Shown here piece by piece: positions 50,292-62,463 of a stretch of 64,000 nt of DNA (positions are counted from its first letter, which is position 1; each line of letters opens with the position of its first letter). Both the position numbers and the translations under genes were made by a program. Origin of the DNA: an uncultured Candidatus Rokubacteria bacterium. GTDB lineage: Bacteria; Methylomirabilota; Methylomirabilia; Rokubacteriales; CSP1-6. The stretch lies in the NCBI GenBank assembly GCA_963789955.1, contig CAWBMV010000034.1:480001-544000 (forward strand). The letters run 5' to 3'. The notes under the pieces are model-generated. The model did not search any database, was not told the origin of the DNA, and saw only the letters and a program-made list of their open reading frames with translations.

Positions 50292-51146
50292 GTGAGCTGG
50301 ATCGACCGCGCGTTTCCGACCTCCGCGACCCCGAGCGATCTGGTGGGCCGCGTGCTCGGGCTCAACCCCGGGATGATGACGGGGCCCGGCACCAACACCT
50401 ATCTCGTCGGCCGCCGCGATCCGATCCTCATCGACACCGGCGCCGGGGTCGCCGAGTACCCGCCGCTGCTCTCGCGCTATCTCGGCGAGCGCGGGTGGTC
50501 GCAGCCGTCACGGATCATCCTCACGCACCGCCACGCCGATCATCTCGGCGGCGTGTCCCAGCTCCGGGCGCGCTTCCGCGGGATTCACGTCTCGAAGATG
50601 ATCTTCCGTGACGCGTCGCTGCCGGAGTCGGTTCACGATCTTCGCGACGGCGAAAAGATCGAAGCCGACGGCGCCACGCTCATCGCCGTCCACACGCCCG
50701 GCCACGCGTCGGACCATCTCTGCTACTACCTCGTCGAGGAAAAGGCGCTGTTCACGGGCGACGTGGTCCTCGCCGGATCCACGACCGTGATCCCGGCCGG
50801 CGACGGAGATCTGCTGGACTACATGAGCTCGTTGAAGCGGCTCCAGGGGCTGGACGTTCGCCGGATCTACCCGGCGCACGGACCGGTCATCGAGGACGGT
50901 CCGGGGCGGATCCAGGAGTACATCGACCATCGCCTGATGCGCGAGCGCCAGATCCTCGGAGCGCTGGGCGACGGGCTGGCCACGATCCCGGAGATGGTCG
51001 CGAAGATCTACGCCGATGTCGTGCCCGCCCTGCACCCGATGGCGGCGCAGTCGGTCGAGTCACACCTGAAGAAGCTCGTGCGGGAAGGGCGCGTGCTCGA
51101 GACCGTCGTGCGCGACGCGCCGTCGCGCTGGCTGCTGGTGCGCTAG
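50292..51146 (+). CDS. Metallo-beta-lactamase fold hydrolase (LACTB2-like)
   Basis: NPGMMTGPGTNTY, THRHADHLGG, TPGHASDH, GD, PAHG, C-terminal winged helix. Confidence 0.88.
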   Translation: MSWIDRAFPTSATPSDLVGRVLGLNPGMMTGPGTNTYLVGRRDPILIDTGAGVAEYPPLLSRYLGERGWSQPSRIILTHRHADHLGGVSQLRARFRGIHVSKMIFRDASLPESVHDLRDGEKIEADGATLIAVHTPGHASDHLCYYLVEEKALFTGDVVLAGSTTVIPAGDGDLLDYMSSLKRLQGLDVRRIYPAHGPVIEDGPGRIQEYIDHRLMRERQILGALGDGLATIPEMVAKIYADVVPALHPMAAQSVESHLKKLVREGRVLETVVRDAPSRWLLVR

Positions 51147-51877
51147 GCGGTCTCTCGAGCCCGCTTCACGAGCGCGGCGAACAGGTTGAACGCCGCGCGG
51201 TCGTTGTCGACCAGCTCCTCCGGGTGCCACTGAACGCCGACGACGAACGCTCCGTCGTCCACGAGCTCGACACCCTCGACGATCGAATCGGGCGCCCACG
51301 CCACCTCCACGAGCCCCTGACCGAGCCGCTTGATCGCCTGATGATGGAAGCTGTTCACGTCGACCTCGAGCGCGCCCAGGATGCCGGCGAGCCGCGAGCC
51401 GTCGCGAACCTTCACCTGATGCGTCGGGATATGGCGCGCCTTGCCCTGGAGCCCGGTCTGGCTGTGATCGAGCGGCGAGCCCGGCTCGCTCGGGATGTCC
51501 TGGTAGAGGCTGCCCCCGAGCGCGACGTTCAATACTTGAAGACCGCGACAGACCGCGAGCAGGGGTACGCCCTCACCGAGCGCCCAGCGCGTGAGGTCGA
51601 TCTCGAGCGTGTCACGAGCCGTGGAGACTTCGGAGATGGTCGGATGCGGCGCCTCGCCGAATCGCGCCGGATCGACGTCGCCGCCCCCGGTCAATAGCAC
51701 CCCGCGGACGTGCTTCAAAATCTCCGCGCGCGCCGCCGGGCCGAGCTGGGGCGGCACCGGAACCGGGACGCCGCCGGCCTGCTGAATCGCGTTGAGATAC
51801 GAGGCGTTGACGTACGCGCGTTCCGGATATTTGTCGACAGTGACTGAAGTTGAGACCGCGATCAGGGGCGGATTCAT
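51143..51877 (-). CDS. Gamma-glutamyl-GABA hydrolase family (peptidase C26, PuuD-like)
   Basis: LTGGGDVDP, VCRGLQ, NSFHHQA, VQWHPE. Confidence 0.9.
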   Translation of the reverse strand: MNPPLIAVSTSVTVDKYPERAYVNASYLNAIQQAGGVPVPVPPQLGPAARAEILKHVRGVLLTGGGDVDPARFGEAPHPTISEVSTARDTLEIDLTRWALGEGVPLLAVCRGLQVLNVALGGSLYQDIPSEPGSPLDHSQTGLQGKARHIPTHQVKVRDGSRLAGILGALEVDVNSFHHQAIKRLGQGLVEVAWAPDSIVEGVELVDDGAFVVGVQWHPEELVDNDRAAFNLFAALVKRARETA

Positions 51878-51942
51878 CGTTCCCAGCGTAGCATGACGGG
51901 CCCCTTGGCTGGCGTCCCCCCGGCGAGTATCATTGCCGCACT

Positions 51943-53718
51943 ATGAGCCTAGACTCCGCGAGCTCCCAGCAGAAGGCGCCGGCCCACACTCCCACTTCGT
52001 CCCCCCAGGTGATCGGTACGCGCTGGGCAGTGGCCGCCGGCCACTTCTTGGCCTCCGAAGCCGGAGCGCGTGTGCTCGCCGCAGGCGGCAACGCGATCGA
52101 TGCGGGGGTCGCCGCCGGCATGACGCTCGGGGTCGTCCACTGCGACATGGTGAGCGTCGCAGGTGTGGCGCCGATCCTCGTGCACGTGGCGCGCACCGGT
52201 GAGACCTTTCAGGTCTCCGGAGTCGGCCCGTATCCGCGCGCGACGTCGGCCACGTACTTCCGCGAGCGGCACGGCGGCCAGATTCCGCCGGGCCTGCCGC
52301 GCACCGTCGTGCCGGCGGCGCCGTACGCGTGGTGCACGGCGCTGGAGCGCTGGGGGACGATGTCGTTTGCCGAGGTCGCGCTGGCCGCGACCGAGCACGC
52401 CGAGCGCGGCTTCGCGATCTCCCAGTTCACCGCCTACCAGATGGGCGCGAACGTCGACAAGTATCGCCGGTGGCCGTCGTCGGCGTCGCTCTACCTGCGC
52501 GAGAACCGCGCGCTCCGCATGGGCGAGGTGCTCGTGCAGCGCGAGCTCGGCGAGACCTTGCGCCGGATGGCGCGCGCCGAAGCGAAGGCGGGCGGCAGCC
52601 GCGAGGCGGGAATCCGGGCCGCGCGCGACGAGTTCTATCGCGGTGAGACCGCGAAGCGCATCGCCGAGTTCCATCGGACCGAGGGTGGCACCCTGGCGGC
52701 CGGCGACCTCGCCGATTTCGCCGTCGAGGTCGGCCCGGCGCTGCGGACGAGCTTCGGCCGCTACGAAGTCGCCGCGTGCGGCTTCTGGTGCCAGGGCCCG
52801 TCGTTGCTCCAGATGCTGAATCTGCTCGACGGCGTCGACCTCAAGGCCCTCGGCCACAATTCGCCGGCGTACCTGCACCGGATCATCGAGACGATCAAGC
52901 TCGCGTTCGCCGACCGCGATGCGTACTACGGCGACCCCAACTTCGTGAAGGTGCCCGCCGACGGGCTTCTCTCGAAGGCCTACGCCGCCGTGCGGCAGCG
53001 GCTCGTCAAGGAGCGCGCGTGGCCGCAGATGCCGCCCGCGGGCGATCCGGATCGTCTCGACAGCGTGCGGCGCCCGGAAGCGGCCATGCCGCTCGCCGGC
53101 GGCTCACATCCAGCGCCCGGCGAAGAGACCGACGCGCTCGACACGAGCTACGTCGCCGTGGTGGACGAAGCCGGCAACGGGTTCTCGGCCACGCCGAGCG
53201 ACCCGAACGTCGACTCGCCGGTCGTCGCCGGCGTCGGCTGCGTCGTGTCGCCGCGCGGCTCACAGGGCTGGCTCGATCCCAGAGCATCCGAGCGTCGTCG
53301 CGCCGGGTAAGCGGCCGCGCCTGACGCCGGCTCCGGCCATGGCGTTCACGGACGGCCGGCTCCTGATGCCGTTCGGCACGCCGGGCGGTGACGTCCAGCA
53401 GCAGGCGATGCTTCAGGTCTTCCTGAACTCCACCGTCTTCGGCATGGATCTGCAGGCCGCCATCGAGGCGCCCCGCGTCGCGTCGCGGAGCCATCCCGAT
53501 TCCTTCTGGCCGCACGCCGTATCGCCGGGCAAGGTCGAAGCCGAGCGCCGCATTCCGCGCGAGACGCTCGACGCGCTGGCGGCGCTGGGCCACACCGTCG
53601 CGCAGTGGCCGGAGTGGGAATGGCGCGCGGGTGCCGTGTGCGGCGTGAAGGTCGGATCGGAAGGCACGCGCTGGGCCGGCGCGGATCCGCGCCGCGGCGC
53701 CACGCGATCGGGCGCTAG
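51943..53718 (+). CDS. Gamma-glutamyltransferase family protein (indels near 53280 and 53700)
   Basis: GGNAIDA, KLAFADRD, DTS nucleophile, PGKRPRLT, GTPGGDVQQQ, ADPRR. Confidence 0.9.
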
Positions 53719-53725
53719 CTCGAGC

Positions 53726-55009
53726 TCAGGAGACGGCGGGCGCGGGGCTCGCCGTCGGCGTCGGCCGCGAGGCCACCGGCTCTTCGCGAATCGCGAGGGC
53801 CAGGCCCGCGGCGATGAAGCCCATGATCGCCGCCGACACGAACGCGATCTCGTAGCCGCCGGTCCACTCGTAGATCCAGCCCGCCAGCGCCGCGCCGAGT
53901 GCCGAGCCCACCTGATGCGAGAAGAAGATCCAGCCGGAGAGCTCGCCGACCGAGTAGCGCCCGAAGATGTTCGCGGTGAGCGTCGTCGTCGGCGGCACCG
54001 TCGAGATGTAGTTCAGCCCGAAGATCGCGGCCCACAGGTGTAGCGAGGGCGCGTTCCAGACGTAGAGCAGGAACAGGAGCGAGACGCCGCGGAAGAAATA
54101 GTAGAAGGCCAGCGGCCCGCGCCGGCCGAATCGATCGCAGAGCCAGCCCGACGAGATCGTCCCGACCACGTTCATGGCGCCCATCACGCCGAGCGCCGTC
54201 GACGCCTGGAGCTCGCTGAAATTGTGCTCGAGCGCGTGAGGCATGAAGTGGGTGAGGACCATGCCATTGGACGTGTACCCGCAGACGAAGAACGTCGCCA
54301 TCAAGAGCCAGAACTGCGGAACGTACATCGCCTCCTGGATCCGGACGCGCTGAGATTTCTCGAGCGCCGCCGCCTGCGCCGCGGCGAGCGCCGTGCCGGT
54401 GGCGCCGTAGGGGCGCAGGCCACGCTCGGCGGGGTCGTCACGGATGAAGAACAGCGCGATCGGCAGCACGACGGCGAGGAGCGCGATGCCGAGCCAGAGA
54501 TAGCTCGTGCGCCAGCCGAACCAGATCGTCAGTACCGAGGCGAGCGGAATCATGACGAGCTGGCCCGCCGACATGCCGCCGGCCGAGATCCCGATGGCCA
54601 TGCCGCGCCGCGCCTCGAACCATCGGGCGGCCACGGTCGATCCGGTCGTCATCGAGGCGCCGCCGGCGCCGAGCGCCATGAGGAAGCCGGTCGTGACGTA
54701 CACGTGCCACAGTTTCTGCGTGTACGAGGCACCGATGGAGCCGATGCCCAGCAGGAGCAGCGAGACGATGACGATCCGCCGGGGACCCCAGCGATCGGCG
54801 AGGCGGCCTACCACAGGACCGGCGGCGCCGAGCAGGAGCAGCGAGATGGCCGCGGCGCCGGACAGGGCGCCCCGGCCCCAGCCGAACTCGGCCTCCATCG
54901 GTTTGATGTAGACACCGAAGACCGATCGGATGCCGGACGCCGCGAGCATACAGATGGTCACGGCACCCAGCACGATCCACGCCGGGTGCACGCGCCGGAT
55001 CGAGCTCAC
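53726..55009 (-). CDS. MFS transporter
   Basis: [10 protein letters not shown] motif [21 protein letters not shown] start 6 nt after TATCCT. Confidence 0.88.
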   Translation of the reverse strand: MSSIRRVHPAWIVLGAVTICMLAASGIRSVFGVYIKPMEAEFGWGRGALSGAAAISLLLLGAAGPVVGRLADRWGPRRIVIVSLLLLGIGSIGASYTQKLWHVYVTTGFLMALGAGGASMTTGSTVAARWFEARRGMAIGISAGGMSAGQLVMIPLASVLTIWFGWRTSYLWLGIALLAVVLPIALFFIRDDPAERGLRPYGATGTALAAAQAAALEKSQRVRIQEAMYVPQFWLLMATFFVCGYTSNGMVLTHFMPHALEHNFSELQASTALGVMGAMNVVGTISSGWLCDRFGRRGPLAFYYFFRGVSLLFLLYVWNAPSLHLWAAIFGLNYISTVPPTTTLTANIFGRYSVGELSGWIFFSHQVGSALGAALAGWIYEWTGGYEIAFVSAAIMGFIAAGLALAIREEPVASRPTPTASPAPAVS

Positions 55010-55131
55010 CCGTTTAGGATACAGGCCCTCGGCGCGGGGATTCACCGATGACGGAATGGGGACGCGGCGAGCCGGGCGGCTGGCCGAGTGTACGCCAGAC
55101 GCCCAGCTCGGTTGTGAGCCGGCAACCGCGA

Positions 55132-57730
<2,599 letters not shown>

Positions 57731-57763
57731 TGCTCCGCTCTTCCTCTTTCTGAGATTGTCTCG

Positions 57764-58798
57764 TCAGCCCAGGTACGCGCGCGGGTTGTCGGCGCGCAGC
57801 GCCTTGAGCTGCTCGTACAGCTCGCGTTCGGCCGCGGTCACGTCGCTCGGCATCACGATCTTCACCACCACCAGCTGATCGCCGGCGCCGCCGCCCTTGA
57901 GGCGCGGCATCCCGTAGCCGGGCAGCCTGAACGTGCGCGCGCTCGACGTCGCGGGCGGGATCTTCATCGACACCTTGCCGCGCAAGGTCGGCACTTCGAG
58001 GCTCGCGCCGAGGGCAGCCTCCGGCGCCGTCACCGGCAGGGTCAGATGAATGTCGTCGCCCTTGCGCTCGAAGAATGGATGGGGCGCGACCGTGACGCTC
58101 AGATAGAGGTCACCGCGCGACGCCGCTCCGCCGGCGCCCTCGCCGGCGACGCGCACGCGCTGGTCGCTCTTCACGCCCGCTGGAATCTTCACGTCGACCT
58201 GGCGGCGCACGCGCTGCCAGCCGTTGCCGCCGCACGCGGTGCACGGCTGGCGTTTGATGTGTCCGGAGCCGTGGCATGTCGCGCACGGCTCCTCGATGTC
58301 CATGGCGAACGTCTTGCGGGCGCCCTGGAAGGCCTCGTCGAGCGTGATCTCGATGCCCGCCTGCACGTCGCCGCCGCGGCCGCGTTGCCCGCTTTCGAAG
58401 AGATCTTCGAGGCGGACGCCTTCGCCCCGGGGCCCACCGCGACCGGTCAGGTCACCGAAGATCGAGCGAAAGAAGTCGGAGAAGTCCCCAGCGCCTCCGG
58501 CGTCGCCGCCGTACTCGACTCTGAACCCGCCACCGCCGCCGGGACCGCCGGACGGGGCCTGCGTATAGCGCTGCCAGTCGGGTCCGAGCGAGTCGTAGCG
58601 GCGGCGCTTTTCAGGATCGGAGAGCACTTCGTACGCTTCGTTGATCTCCTTGAACCGCTCGGCCGAGTCCTTACCGCCCTTGGCGACGTCCGGGTGATGC
58701 TTCCTTGCGAGCCGCCGGTAGGCGGACTTGATCGTCTTGTCGTCGGCCTTCCGGTCGACCCCGAGAATCTTGTAGTAGTCCTTGAAATCGACGGCCAT
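57764..58798 (-). CDS. DnaJ-class co-chaperone (CbpA-like) with reduced zinc finger
   Basis: FKDYYKILGV, HPD, FSDFF, two CxxCxGxG motifs, DnaJ C-terminal domain. Confidence 0.88.
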   Translation of the reverse strand: MAVDFKDYYKILGVDRKADDKTIKSAYRRLARKHHPDVAKGGKDSAERFKEINEAYEVLSDPEKRRRYDSLGPDWQRYTQAPSGGPGGGGGFRVEYGGDAGGAGDFSDFFRSIFGDLTGRGGPRGEGVRLEDLFESGQRGRGGDVQAGIEITLDEAFQGARKTFAMDIEEPCATCHGSGHIKRQPCTACGGNGWQRVRRQVDVKIPAGVKSDQRVRVAGEGAGGAASRGDLYLSVTVAPHPFFERKGDDIHLTLPVTAPEAALGASLEVPTLRGKVSMKIPPATSSARTFRLPGYGMPRLKGGGAGDQLVVVKIVMPSDVTAAERELYEQLKALRADNPRAYLG

Positions 58799-58816
58799 TG
58801 GCCTTACCTATCAGGA

Positions 58817-58851
58817 AGTATAGCAGATGATTTGAGTCGTGCACGCTAATG
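58817..58851 (-). promoter_or_regulatory. Extended -10 promoter with overlapping HAIR-like operator
   Basis: Minus strand TGC-TATACT; plus strand TTTGAGT-N7-GCTAATG versus HAIR consensus CTTGAGT-N7-ACTCAAG. Confidence 0.5.
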
Positions 58852-58906
58852 ACCAGGAAAACTTCCCGTCGGTCATGACTTCTGGAAACTACGACAGTTG
58901 CTGGGC

Positions 58907-60405
58907 TTAGCCGCGACCCACGCGGAAGGCCACGTAGAGCGACATCGCCCCACGCTGGAGCAGGACGGTGAGAGGATCCCCCTCCTTCATATCCCGGGTG
59001 AGGCGCTCGAAGTCGGCCATCGTCTTCACGTTCTGGCCGTTGAGCTGCTTGACGACGTCGCCACGCTGGACGCCGGCCTCGGCGGCCGCGGCGCCGTCCT
59101 CGACCCGCACGACGATGACCCCATCGGTCGTCCGTAGATTCAGCTGGCGCGCGATCTCGGGCGTGACCGGACGAACCTCGAGCCCCAGCATCGAGCGCGC
59201 CCGCCCGGCGCCGGGCCGCTGCTGCTGCTGCGCCTGACGTTCATCGGGCGCCTGGCCGACCTTGACCTCGACGGTCTTCTCGGCCTGGTCTCTCAGGATT
59301 TTCACCTTCGCGCTCCGGTCAGGGGAGAAGAAGCCGACGGCGCGCTGCAGATCGCCTGGACCCTCCATCGGGCGCCCTTCGAACTCGAGCAGGATGTCGC
59401 CCGGCTTGAGCCCGGCCTTGGCAGCCGGGCTGTCGGCCATCACCTCGTTGATCAGCACGCCCTTCGCGTCCTTGGATCCGAACGAGCGCGCGAGCTCGGG
59501 AGTGAGCGGCTGGATCGAAACACCGAGCCAGCCGCGCGTCACACGGCCCTTGTCCCGGAGCTCCGTGTAGATCTTGCGCGCCATGTTCGACGGAATCGCG
59601 AAGCCGATTCCCGAGCCGCCGGCGACGATCGCGGTGTTGATGCCGATCACCTCGCCCTGCATGTTCACGAGCGGCCCGCCGGAGTTGCCCGGATTGATCG
59701 CGGCATCGGTCTGCAGAAAATCGTCGAACGGCCCCTGATCGAGCTGCCGCGCCTTGGCGCTGATGATGCCGGCGGTGACCGTCGCCTGCAGGCCGAACGG
59801 CGAGCCGACGGCCAGGACCCAGTCGCCGACCTGCATCCGGTCCGAGTCGCCGAGCCGGGCGTACTTGAACGTGGCCTTGCCGTCGTCGAGCTTGAGCACC
59901 GCCAGATCGGTCTTCTTGTCCAGGCCGATGACCTTCGCGCGATGCTTGCCGCCATCGAGGGTCACGATCTCGATGACCGTGCTCTTGTCCTCGGTCGCCT
60001 TGTCGACCACGTGGGCGTTCGTGAGCGCGATCCCGGTGGAATCCACGATGACGCCGGAGCCGAGGCTCCGCTGCGGGATCCGCTCAGGCGCCTCGCCGAA
60101 GAAGCGCTTGAAGAATTCATCGCCGAAGTACTCCTCGAACGGGGTCCGGCCCTGGAGCCCCCGGCCGACCGGGATACCGTGATATTGATCACGGCCGGCT
60201 TGATGGCATCCGCGATGGCCGCGAAGGTGCCGCCCTGAGGCGGCATCTGAACGGGAAGGACGGGGATCGGAGTCACGGGCGCCTGCGCCTCGAGCAGAGG
60301 ACGCCGCAGCTCGGCTCGGGTCCCGGAGTACACCCCCAGAGCGGCGCCCAGCGCCAGGGCGATCGCGACCGCTGTGAAGAAGGTCCTCCGCCTGAGCTGC
60401 ATCAT
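58907..60405 (-). CDS. DegP/DegQ (Do family) serine protease with two PDZ domains (frameshift near 60170)
   Basis: GSGVIV, TNAHVV, QTDAAINPGNSGGPL, RGWLGV. Confidence 0.93.
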
Positions 60406-62316
60406 CGGGTTGTCTCCATCGTACTCTCACCGGCGAGGGCCCGACGGAGTCGCTCACCCTCCAGGGTCTCGGTCCGTTTCAGCTCTTGAGCCGCCGAGAT
60501 CAGGATGGCCTTCTTCGTCGTCAGCATGCCCCGGACCCGATCGTGGGTACGGTCGAGGATCGAGCGGATCTCGGCGTCGATCGTCCGGGCGGTCTCGTCG
60601 CTGTATTCGCGCTCGCCGCCCATTCCCGTGCCCTTGAGGAAGAGCGGGGTGTGCTCGCCGAACGTCGCGAGCCCGATACGCTCGGACATTCCGTACTTGG
60701 TCACCATGAGGCGCGCGATCTCGCTGGCCCGCTCGAGGTCGTTGTGCGCGCCCGTCGAGACCTCCCCGTAGACGAGCTCCTCGGCGACGCGTCCGCCCAG
60801 GAGCACGGCGATCCGGTCTTCGAGCTCGCTCCGGGTCATCAGGAAGCGCTCCTCGGTCGGCAGCTGATAGGTCATCCCGAGCGCGGCGATACCTCGCGGG
60901 ATGATCGTCACCTTGTGGACGGGGTCAGCGTGCGCGACGGACGTCGCGACCAGCGCGTGGCCCATCTCGTGGTGGGCGACGATGTCGCGCTCCTTCTCGG
61001 AGAGCACCCGACTCTTCTTTTCGAGTCCGGCCACGACGCGGTCGATCGCCTCCTCGAAGTCGGCCATCTCCACGGCGGCCTTCTCTTTTCGCGCCGCGAG
61101 GAGCGCCGCCTCGTTGATGATGTTGGCGAGGTCGGCGCCGGCGAAGCCCGGCGTGCGCGCCGCGATCACGCCGAGGTCGACGCCCGGAGCCAGAACCACC
61201 GCCCGAGCATGCAATCTCAGGATCGCCTCGCGGCCTCTCAGGTCGGGCTTGTCGACGACGACCTGGCGGTCGAAGCGACCCGGCCGCAGGAGCGCCTGGT
61301 CGAGCACCTCCGGGCGGTTCGTGGCGGCCACGAGGATGACGCCCTTCGACGAGTCGAAACCGTCCATCTCGGCCAGGAGCTGGTTCAGGGTCTGCTCGCG
61401 CTCGTCGTGGCCCCCGATGAACCCGGTGCTGCCCGCCCGCGACTTGCCGATCGCGTCCAGCTCGTCGATGAAGATGATGCAGGGGGCCTTGTCCTTGGCC
61501 TGCTCGAAGAGATCGCGGACGCGCGCGGCGCCCACGCCGACGAACATCTCGACGAACTCCGAGCCGGACAGGGTGAAGAACGGCACGTCCGCCTCGCCGG
61601 CCACGGCCCGCGCCAGCAAGGTCTTGCCGGTGCCCGGGGGGCCCACCAGGAGCACGCCCTTCGGGATGCGACCGCCGAGGCGCTGGTACTTCTTCGGGTT
61701 CTTCAGGAAGTCGACGATCTCGACGAGCTCGGCCTTGGCCTCGTCGACCCCGGCGACGTCGCTGAATGTCGTCTTGAGCTCCTTGCGGTCGAAGATCTTG
61801 TGCTTGGAGCGCCCGAACGAGAGGGCCTGGGTGGGGCCGCCGCCCACGCGCCGCATCAGGAACATCCAGATGCCGACCATGACGCCGAGCGGGATGATCC
61901 AGCCGAAGAAGAGGTCGCGGACGAACGTCGACTCGATGCGGCCGGTGAACTCGACCTTGTGCTTTTCGAGCTCGGTGATGAGCGGCGCCTCGTCGACGCC
62001 GGGGATGCGCGTGACGGTGAAGACGCGGACTTCGCCGTCCGAGCCGAGCCACTGACGGAGGCGATCGCCCGGGCCGCTCGGGGGGCTCGGGCAGCGCGTC
62101 GGGCTTGGCGATCCCCCGGATCTCCTTCTCCGTCAACGCGACCTTCTCGATCTTGTCGCTGCGCACGAGCTCGAGGAACTTCGACATCGGGATCTCGACC
62201 GTGCGAGGGGCCTGCAGCCAGGACTGGAGCAGGAGAAGGACCATGGCCGCGACCAGCACGTAGGCCAGCGAGAACTGGATGCGCTGGTTGAGCCGCGGCC
62301 TCATTCGTATCCCCAT
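60402..62316 (-). CDS. ftsH: ATP-dependent zinc metalloprotease FtsH (frameshift near 62070)
   Basis: Two TM helices, [31 protein letters not shown]. Confidence 0.94.
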
Positions 62317-62321
62317 TCGTC

Positions 62322-62350
62322 ATGCTAGCGTTGGGGGGCTATAGAGTCAA
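62322..62350 (-). promoter_or_regulatory. Sigma70-type promoter of ftsH-degP
   Basis: TTGACT (62350-62345), 17-nt spacer, TAGCAT (62327-62322). Confidence 0.6.
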
Positions 62351-62463
62351 ACATCCAGCCTCTTTTCGCTTGACACTTCAAGCCCTTTGGCCTAAAAGTT
62401 GGCCCTGATCGATCTAGTGAAACTGAGAACAAGCTCGTCTCTCGCGAGGGTCCACCAACACCG

